DNA from: the human T2T-CHM13v2.0 reference genome, Homo sapiens
Strand: one strand, 5' to 3'
NCBI RefSeq assembly: GCF_009914755.1
Contig: NC_060933.1
DNA: 64,000 nt
The notes beneath the pieces were generated by a model. It had not been told where the DNA came from and searched no databases. It was given only the letters and a program-made list of their open reading frames with translations. A program made the translations under genes and the position numbers. Positions 53,695 to 64,000 of this stretch are shown piece by piece. The first letter of the stretch is position 1, and the number at the start of each line of letters is the position of its first letter.

Positions 53695-56600
53695 TAACTC
53701 TAACTCTGTTTTTTGGAGGGTTATCTAAGGTGTGTTACAGATCATATTCATATAATCAGTGATTAAGCTGGTTTGAGACCAAACTGCAATTATTGTGAAT
53801 TATAATCTATTTATTTCCATTAATATTCCTAAACCTTTGAAGTGTCAAATGAAGCCTGGGGTGTATAAATCGGCCTTTCTCATTGATAAGTCTTGAGCCA
53901 TATATTTTATTCTCTTAAAACTATAAGACTATGAATATTTCTGTTTAGGTTTTTGGTCTATCAATAGCCACATACATGTGAGAAAATCTTTCATGGGTCA
54001 AGGGATAGTCCATACTGTTCTCAATTCTCTGAAGTGCTGTTTTCTTCGGTATTTTAGCCCTGTAATCTTTAATGCCTTGGAGTATTTTTGATACCTCTAT
54101 GCATATTTTATACAATTTTCATAAGAAGAGATTTGAGTAGAGAGTTTATAGTTTAGAGAAAAGAGAAAAACAAGGAAAAAAATAAAGAGAATGCAAATTT
54201 TAAAACAAAAGCAATTCAGAATTGAAATTATAGAAATTATCTATATAATGAGAAAGATGAAATTGAAATCTAAGAAACACATGACTATGACAAAGCAAAT
54301 GTATCTTTAGATACAATATACAGATATCAATAGTTTAAGAAAGTAATATTTATTTTCTTATTTAAAATGTTAAGATAATTACCACAGAGATAAATTTAAA
54401 TACTTGTTAAACTAATATAGTGAGCTATTCTATAGACAAACAATAGAAGAAATGGGGAAAGGAAAAAAACAAAAAATGTGAGTAAATGTATAATATAATA
54501 TAAATTGGCCAAACTAAGTTAAATGTAACAATAATGACAATAAATGCAAATAAGTTAAAAACAGTAATTAAAGGATCCTGACTTTTATAAATTTTTTAAT
54601 AAGAGCCAAAACATGTTGTTGACATAAGTTAAAATTTACAAGAAAATATATATGTATATAACTACTAACATTAAAATTATTTTATAACACACCAGGCTTA
54701 AATACTAAAAAGCTAGAGGGGCAATATTTACATGACAACATGACATAATATAATTTAAGGTAAAAATATGTACATTAAAATACATTTATTATTAAAGATT
54801 AAAATTATACGAGCTCTATTTTTCAATTAAAAATTGGAGAAAGAGCAGTGGAGGAAACCCAATAGAAATAGTTAATGAACAAAAATCTTAAAGCAACAAC
54901 AAAGAATGTTAATCTAACCAAAAGTTAGTTTTTGAGAAAACATTTAGGATACAGAAACCTGTGGAAAGTTAACCAAGACAATAAGAGAGACTGTGTAATA
55001 TGCACAATTAAAAATTTTTAAGTATTAAAATAGCTTCATTGTAATAAATGTGAATGCTAGAGACAGAAAGATGTAAGGACTGTAACAACTAAGAAATATT
55101 AATAATAGGAACTAAAGATAAAGAATATAGGATTTTACAGGAAGTATCTAACAATCATTTCAATATTTATTTCTTAGTCTATTAAAGATCATTCCTTCAA
55201 ATCCTCAGATAAGTAAATTCTATCAGAATTTTAAGAATCTGTTATTTATTATGCTACTTCCAAATATAGAAAAACAAATTGCCTAGCTAAGGCTAGCATA
55301 TGTTTTATTCCAAAATCAAGTAGGTAGCAGTAATTACTCTTAAAATAATATTTATGCCAGCAAAAGAGCACATCATTTTGTCCGACAATTTGTATGAGAC
55401 AGCAAACTGTTTTAGTCAGGGGTTTGAGCTAGATATAGATTTTATTGTGATTATCATTACCTTCAGTCCACACAGGCTTCAAATTCCCATAGGAATGGCT
55501 GATGTTGGCTGGGTTTAAGGTCGGTCCTGGGATGCTGGAAGATTTTGTTTAGTACCTCTGTTCCCCTCTCAGCTTTCAGCATCCTTACCTTCCTGCACTG
55601 CCGAGGTGTTCTCTGTCTTTCCTCTTTCCCTTACTCAATACGTAGACAGCTGATGCTTATTATTTGGTATCAGGCTTGGCATAGGGGTAAAAAGTGGTGT
55701 GTTTTATGTTGCCCTGGCTCAGCCTCATTCAATCTTAGGTATGTCCTGTGTGAAAAAAGTCCAAGTTTTCATTCCTTTTTCTGTCTTTTTGTTATGTTGG
55801 TTTTAGACTACTGTCATTGAATTAAGCTGATTTTTTTTTCTCAAAATGGGGCATTCTTAGTGTTCTTGCATTGTGTCCAACTCATCTATGACAATGAAAC
55901 TCTGTCTTGGATCTGTGGTTGGTTTTGGGTGGAAATATTTACCACTCTATGTAGTTAAAGGCTTCTTCTTGTTATTGGTATAGAATCTTAGCCACAACTG
56001 TTTCCTAGCACTCTTCCAAAGATATAGGATGCATTCTTCCACTTGTTCCCAAGCCTCAGTGCATCTTTGCCTGTGATTAGTGGAAATGACAGTTGTGCTG
56101 TCTCTTCTATAGTGGCTTAAAGCTTTTGCTTCCTAAGAAAGAATGTTCTGGGGTAGTGGGCAAGGCTTTTTGCCAGTCCCCCAGCAGCAACTGATTATTA
56201 CCCCAAGCCTGCACTATGCAGCAGTGTCTCTCTCATCTTCTGCCCAGTTCCCAGTCTTTCCCTTCAACAGACAAAGGTCCGTGTAAAAGAGTTTAAGAAA
56301 TGATCATTTCTTGTGCCTGAGGCCTCCTGCTATTCTAAACTTACAATTTACCCACATTTAGCCTTTAAGAATTTATTAAAGTTTAGCTGATTTCTTATAT
56401 GATTATATGGTGACTTCCTCTTCATTTTTTGATTGGTCAAAGATGAAACTTTTTTGTGTCCTTTCCATCCTTGAGGGCTTGTCCCTCTCTGGAATCAGTT
56501 TACTTGGTTGCCATGCAACTTCATCTCTGATGGGCTGAAAACAACTTATGACTTTGTAGATAATTCAAATATTTCCCACCTTAAGGGTGGGAGCATCATT

Positions 56601-57179
56601 CTTTTCACCTTTCTACATCCTAATCAGAAGCTGAAAATCACACTGAGGTTTTAGAAATTACTCTTCCAAGCTGCAAAATATTAAGAATTTCCATTTTAAA
56701 TCCTAGCAGAAAAAAATTACTCTAGTTGGAGTTTCACCAAATAATCTTGTAAAATTTGAAGTTTTCTTGAGAGACACCTGCCTTCATCTGGTGTGAATTA
56801 TGAAAACCTTAGTTACACTTGGAAGAGTAAATCCTTACAAATCAATATATTTAACATTGGTAAACAGACAAGCAATAAAAATAAATTATAAAGAAACAAC
56901 AAAAATAAATCATTTAGATATCTAACATGATATATATGAGGATTTATCAAATTTTACCTCATGGTTTAATAATTTCTTCAAATTAGAGAGAATACCTTAA
57001 CACTAATCTGCCTTTAACAAATAAAATTTATTGCTTATAGTTCATACATGTTGTCTTATTAATGCATTAGAAAAAACCTTTTAGTATAATTTTAAAAATT
57101 ATTTAAAAAATATTTAAGTATGTTTCAACAGAATTGGTACCTTTTATAATACTGTGCTTTCCTTTATGCATTTTCAAAA

Positions 57180-57650
57180 TTGTGTTGAATTAGAAATCAA
57201 TAAAATTAAAACCAAAAAATACATAGAAAAAAAACTGATGAAAGAAAAAAGCTAGTTATTTGAAAACATCAATAATATTGATAAACTTCTATCAAGATTA
57301 ACTAAAACAAATAGAGATGACATAAATTATTAATACCAGAAATGAAAGAGAGGACATCATTAGTGATCCCATGTACATTAAAGGATAGTAAAGGAATATT
57401 ATGAACAACTTTATGCACAAAAATTTAATGACGAGGGTGAAATGTACCAATTCCTTGAAGGACACAATCAACCAAAACTCACATGAGGAGAAATAGATAA
57501 TCTGAACAGGACTTTATCTATTAAAGAAACTGAATTAATAATTAATACCCTGCTAAACAGAAAGCACCAGGGCTAGATAAGTTCACTGCTAAATCTTACC
57601 AAACATTTAATCAGGAAATTATATCGATTCTGCACAATCACTTCCAATAA
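57180..57650 (+). mobile_element. L1M ORF2 fragment
   Basis: agaaatgaaagagaggacatcattagtgatccc...attatgaacaactttatgc...aaagcaccagggctagataagttcactgct. Confidence 0.75.
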
Positions 57651-59399
57651 TAAAAGTAAAAACAAGTTATTCTGGAAAGAGGGACCATGGCACAAGAAAT
57701 GTTTGGCACAGCACAACCAGTCCCCAGAGACCAAAGCTAGGCCATGTCTTCAAAGCCCAGAGTGTGCATAGCCTGAGTCAAGCTGAAGGAAGGAATAAAA
57801 AAAAATGGGGAGAAAGTCAGGGGATATATGATGAAGCAAAATCTTTATGTCTGATGTTCTCAGAATGAATAAAATTATAAAATGCAAAGTGCATATATCA
57901 CTGTTTCAGAAGCAATATTGGTCCAACTTCTGATTTTCTAAAATGGAGAACAGATCAACCTCTACACAAACTGATAGTGAGGCAGAATATCCTGGTCTTC
58001 TTATTGTAAGAGAAGAAAACGTCTTTCATGGAAGTAACAGTGAAAGAATCCGTTATCAGAACATAGGACAGAACGTTTAGGGGTATTTTCCCTGCAGGCA
58101 CTAATTAGATATATATCATAAGAGCTATGAGCACACAGGTTTACTATCAGTGAGGCTGAAGCACTGTAATTTCTGGGAATTATAGGCATGACACACATTT
58201 GTGACAAATAAAAGACAATACAGATTAAACTGCTAGATCTAATGTCAACCTGTTTTTTGTAGAAAGCCTAGGGATAACTGCCCAAGGTAAATTTTTACAA
58301 TATGAGCATCTAGTATTTCCAGGGACTTCTTTACTCCTTTCCACATTGCTTTTTTGATGAATGACACTTTGATTTTGTCTCCGATACAGTGACCACAGCA
58401 TAAAGAATTAGTGCCAGTATAGTTAGATTATAAAATCAAAAATTTGACTAAGACCATAGGAAATAAATCAATAGAATTACAAGTTGTAGATTTTAAAATT
58501 ACTTGGTAAGAACTTGCTTAACTCAAAATACAAGTACAAAATGATATATCAGACAGGAGTCAGACAGGGGAGCAAAGTTAGTAATGTGTTTTATGGGATA
58601 AAGGACTTATTAAAGGAATTAGATGTGTAGAGCTGTACAAGTAGCTGGGAAACTCAAGGTCTGAAAGGGAAGTTCAAGAATCAGAGGACCTCTCACTAAC
58701 AAGTCAATATGAAATACCAAACATATCTCTTTATGTAAGGGTTGCTTCTGGGATGCCCTTTGAGAGGCTGTGATTTTGTGTAGCTACAACCTCTGTTGAT
58801 TCACATCTAAGAATCTTTTGGTGAGTCTTGGGCTGCTGTTGATGGACAGAGGCAACAGTTGGCAAAGGTGTTGAACGTGGAATAGAGCAGATTTAGGACA
58901 GGTTGCAAGCCAGCTGGAACTTCTGCATTGATCCGATACTGCATTTGATTATGATGACCTTCAGAGAATAAGGGCCACCACCTTACTTCCTTTTTCCTAG
59001 TTACATACAAGTTCCTCTTTTGGATAATACAGAGAAGGACATCTTGAAAAAAATGTACTTTTTTGCCTACTCAAGATGACACAATGCAAAACACCACAAA
59101 TAATTACCAGAATTGAGGAAAATAAGAATTTTCTTTCTTATGAAAAGTTTAGTTGGGAAAGGTGTTCTAGAATAGCCACATTGGATGGGAGGGTAGCAAT
59201 GTTTCTCCACTCAGATGAAGGGAGAGTATTTATAAAGCTCGATGAATATGTCCAAAATTTAGGAGTGGCACAGGAGTCTGATGTTTAATTAATTATTTTC
59301 CAGAATTAGAGTAAAAGACAAAGGCTGATAAGCTGTTTTGCTGGTAAATTAAAGAACAGCTGCTAATACATTTAGATTGTCAATTTCATGGGTTTGTGA

Positions 59400-59840
59400 C
59401 CACTGTAGTTGTATAAGAACCCACATTCAGTGGATCCCTCAAAACTTTACTGTTACTGTCTTGAAATCCTTAATAATTTTATCTTTGAATTTGTGTTTTG
59501 TAAGTGAACTCTGATGGGACAATGGAGCATGAGCCAGGAGCATGGGGCCTCAGCTCACATGTGATCTCACCTTTTGCCATCTTGCTCCCCCACTGATACC
59601 TAGAGACCACTACACCACCTCTTACCCAGCAGGGGTCTGAGGCCAAATACAAGGAGACTCAGGGTCATATCCTGAGTAATTTTGAGCGCTCTGTGAGCAT
59701 CCCTGTTTCCAAGGCAGAGTGAAATTAAGAGCAAAGAAAAAACATCATGACAGGTCAAGAAAGAAACCATAGGAAGAAAAATTCTATTATATTTTCTTTT
59801 GTTTGTAAAAGGGATCCTGCAAATTAAGTAGCTGACCTGG
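59400..59840. mobile_element. MER45-like hAT-Tip100 element
   Basis: gtcttgaaatccttaataatttt...gggacaatggagcatg...cctgcaaattaagtagctgacctg. Confidence 0.6.
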
Positions 59841-59999
59841 GGTTTCACTTTCTGGATTTCAGGGCCCACGAATGCATTACCTTTTAACCCAGATCGGAAA
59901 TGATCCACATGAGCAACGAAAGATGGCAGATAGCTTGAAGCCAAGTGTTCTTTAAGAACACTTGGGTGAGATTCCATTTCATGGAATGAACTTCTAGAA

Positions 60000-60229
60000 C
60001 AGGGGTGTTCAATCGTTTAGCTTCTCTGGGCCACACTGCAAGAAGACGAATTGTCTTGGGCCACATATAAAATGCACTAACACTAACGATAGCTGACAAG
60101 CTAAAGAAAAAAAAAATCACCAAAAAAAATCCCATAATGTTTTTTAAAAGTTTACCAATTTCTATTGGGCCTCATTCAAAGCTGTCCTGGACTGTGTGTG
60201 GCGTTTGGGCTGTGGATTGGACAAGCTTA
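60000..60229 (+). mobile_element. MER30 (hAT-Charlie MITE)
   Basis: caggggtgttcaatc...ttggacaagctt; 8-bp TSD TTCTAGAA at 59992-59999 and 60230-60237. Confidence 0.9.
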
Positions 60230-62984
60230 TTCTAGAAAGTGAAAAGTTTCATGGGAATTGACAGTTGTAGATTAAATGATCACTTACTATCAGTTAAGAA
60301 AGAAATTTCTCTCTTCATTACCACTCCTATTTCCAGACTTCAGTCCTAGAGTGGTCAGTAGAAGCAGTTATCCAATAGGAGAGGGGGTAAGTAAGGTGAA
60401 GACCGCTGGAAAGGAAAAGAAACCAAGAATGACCCCTTCCCACAGCCTACAGATGAAAGAGGTAGGGGAGAAAACAGATCTGAATTATATTTTAATTAAA
60501 ATATAGAAATTCATATTCTAATTTCTGAAATAAAATTGTGGTTTACAACATAATATAACTATCTGTTAAATACCAATAACCAAAAGAAGTCATGAAAGCT
60601 GCTAGATTTTTTTACAGATCTGGAAACTTTTCCTGAATACATATTTAAAGAACTACAGAAGACAAAAATGAAATTGCATTGAATGACAATTAGAGACAAG
60701 TTTTTACTTTTGAAAAAATTGGATATTTGCTTTGTAATTTTCACCAATTTTATTTTCCTGAATTATTTCTATTTTTAATGTAGAAACAAAAGTATCTGAG
60801 ATGGGTCTAAGATATCAGAGAATTATCTGTATTTGTATTGAGATATATCAAAATATAATGTTAATATGATTTGTCACTGAACTATATGATAACTCAGTCG
60901 TACTTCTGTCTTTTAAAATTGGCTACAGTTAAACTTCAATCTGTCAATAAAGTAAAAGCTACCTAAGTGGGAATTCTAAAATTATAACATGTGATAAAAT
61001 CTCAGGGAGAAGTTTCGGATTCTGTTGTTTTTATTTTCTGCCATTTGTGCCAATTTGAGCGGTAACTGACCTCATGAAACATGGAAGTATTATTTATGTA
61101 CAAGGAACTGACCCCTGAGGAATTGAAGGTCAGCACTAAAATAAAAATGTAGGGGGAAATGCAACTAATAAAATGTAGGAAAAAAAATGTGAACAGAAAA
61201 TATAATAAACCTACATGGTAGTGCTAACATAGATAAAACTGAAAGAGGATTGTAAATAGAACTGTAAGAATGGATTTGTCTACCATTTATTATATTTTGT
61301 TAAAAATAAAGAAATTCAATTTACAATATTGAATTTTACTAGACTTTCTGGTTTGAAAAGCTAGAGTTTCTTTTTCCTTTCAGAAGGCTTGTATTCAGGT
61401 AATACTGATGAAGAGAATCCTCAAGACCTTTACACTCTGGGTCAGTTCCAAGATGGCTGAGAAGCTGTTTAAAACAACCAAAAAACAACTTGATAGGATT
61501 GACAATTTCATGTTTTTTAATAAGTGTTGAATGAGACTGCTAACTACAATCAGCAGATATACATATGTGGTGTCATAGATGTTTGGTTTTCAAAAATAAA
61601 GAATGTGTTAGAAAAATGCCTGCAAATCATTTGAATGTTACAACCTTTAAAAAAAAATCTGGCTGTTGAGTGCAGACTGTGCTGTTTCACCTTTTATTAC
61701 AAAGACTCAGTGAATGAAACATATTTGATAGCTTGGCAAAAGAAGAAAAATTTGTATTTAAATGAGGACAGAAGACACTGGGCTGGAATTGATATGATTA
61801 TGCCACAATTGATGAGTCATAACTAATGACAAAATCTAGAGCTCAGGAAGCAAATCTGACAACGGGAGTGAGAGGAATGCAATCAGCACACTGGGAGGAA
61901 GGCAGGTGCATGCCCACAGGTCGTGCCACAGAGGGGTACTTAGCACAACACTTGCTCCTCATGGTGTATCTCTTGGTTTCTAAGCAAATGTCTTTGGGGA
62001 GAAAAGATGTTATTAAATACTATAAAACTGAAACAAAAATAAAATTGAGCCTAGCTAGGCACTTGAAAATATACTAGTCTGTGACACAGTAAAAGAAAAA
62101 TCATGCGGATAGGCAACAGATAGTTTTGGAAATTTAAAACCCAGGTTTTGTTTTATGTCTTCATATATAATGCTGAGGTAACAGATATAAAATTAAGAAT
62201 TTGTCAGCTATAGCTCCTCCTGCCTTTATCATATGTTTTAAATGATTTAACAGTGACATTTTATTGTATTTTCTTTTTTATTGAGATTCATTTCCTATCT
62301 TGTCTAATATTCTCCTATTCTCCTGACAGTTTACACACAATTATCACAAAACACTAGCAGTTCCATTAATTTTGTCTTCACTATCCTCAGAGACTTTCTG
62401 AGGAAATAATAATATTGTTTCTTTTATCTTTATCTCTGGAGCTTAGTAGGGTACCTTGCCCATTGTAGTTGAGAAATGATAAATAGGAATGACTGAAAAA
62501 AAATACATTTGAAAACAGCTTGAACATAAGAAGAAGCTTGAGATATTTATAATATGGACACTTGTTTTTTTCCTAAAGCAAAGCTATTACTATTAGTTAG
62601 AGATTATGTAGATTTTAATTTCTTTATAGAAGACAAAATAAAACTAGTAGATTAAAAAAGTTAGTTCCTGCCACTATTCTTCCCCCAACAAGATATCTGG
62701 AGACTGAGTGCCAAAATGAGCAAAGAAAGATTCAAGGACCAAGACTGGTGGAATCCTCTCACTCCAGCATTCTTAGAGTCTTGCTTAGGCTTGAAGCATA
62801 ACACTGTTGTCACATCACTTGACAATGCATTTACGGGATAAGATTCAGTGAGAAAGAACAAACAAGGAGTGATTATATCCTTTAAAGAGCTTTCTCACAG
62901 GCATCGGCTAGTATCTTGTTTGCTTCTCATTTGCCAGAGTTGCATCAAGTAGCTTCTCCCAACTGCTCAGGAAATTGGGAAGTA

Positions 62985-63123
62985 TAGTTTTCTCAACATT
63001 TTCATACCACCACAAACACTCCCAAGAATGTTCATAAGCAGTCTGTAATACACAGGACACGTCCCAATGACCAAGAATTATCTGGTCTGAAATATCAATA
63101 GTGGTGAGGTTGAGAAAACTTCC
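62985..63123 (+). mobile_element. MER20-like hAT element, degraded
   Basis: ttctcaac ... cacaggacac...aagaattatctggtctgaaatatcaatagtggtgaggttgagaaac. Confidence 0.6.
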
Positions 63124-64000
63124 TCTGAAGCACCCGGCATTGGGATAAGGTCTCCAAAGGAAATGTTAAAAGACAATGCAAAATGAAGAAGAATATGGGG
63201 TACCAAAATTATAGTTATCAATCAACCACAGAACTTAGTTTTCCCCAAATATCTGAAAGGTTGTTTGACTTCTCAAAATGGAAACAATGTATTCAGTATT
63301 GCTTCAGAAGGCAAACCTAAACCAAAGTTTGAAATCTGTGATGATGAACATATTAAAATTATAGAATCATTTGAAGGTTATTATTATCCAGCAGTAACAC
63401 AGTAGATGCCTTTACAGAACTGAATGTAATGAGAGACTAGTATTGTGTCCCTTTGTGAAGTCTTTAAATTATAACAGTTTCAAAATATATGAAGATTTTG
63501 ACCAAATCAGAACAAAGGCCATTCATGATATAAACCACTTTGAGACAGTAAGAGCTATTGGTTGGGTCTATAGGGCCACTAGTCTAGGCCCCCGATAATT
63601 TATGCACCAGGAGAAATGTCTTTGAGGAACAGATAATTGCCTGCATGCCTCTCCTAGACATGTTGGTGGAAGCTGCAACAGGAGTGGTTATTATTAATCC
63701 CTTTTAGAGAACTATACTAGTCTCACCTCTGAACCACCCATCAATATTGTGCTCAATTAGCACTTTGTTTCAATTGACAATGAAATTATATACTGAAAAC
63801 AGCATGAATCCATGACCTGACCAGAAGCATTCTCTAGCCAGTGAATGATTTTTCTATCCTTGCCTCTTTTTCAATTTAACAAAAGAGGATAACACTGAAT
63901 TCAGACTACAGGTGTGCAGATCCTCATTGTTTTAAGTCATCAGAAAGAACAGAATTAAAAATTAATTTAAAAACTAGGAATATTTATATTGTCTTTCCTC

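Overview
Primate (human-like) non-coding genomic DNA with no intact protein-coding gene; AluY, HERV-K LTR5 and L1PA2/3-type elements point to a hominoid genome. The left third holds a solo LTR5 (1341-2315) and two head-to-head processed pseudogenes: a full-length calponin-2 (CNN2) retrocopy on the minus strand (7476-9643, with TSDs) and a GXYLT1 retrocopy on the plus strand (from about 11098). A ~3.3-kb inverted duplication (5618-8926 versus 21115-24445) carries the CNN2 3' half and its genomic flank and brackets a ~12.2-kb spacer. The rest is an AT-rich, repeat-dense tract of L1, Alu, MaLR LTR, Tigger and MER elements. It contains a three-level nested insertion built on a 5'-inverted (twin-primed) old L1PA and a rare 5'-inverted AluY with TSDs. 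All family and gene calls are by eye and from memory of consensus sequences, so subfamily labels are approximate. I found no evidence of a new coding system; the most notable features are structural.
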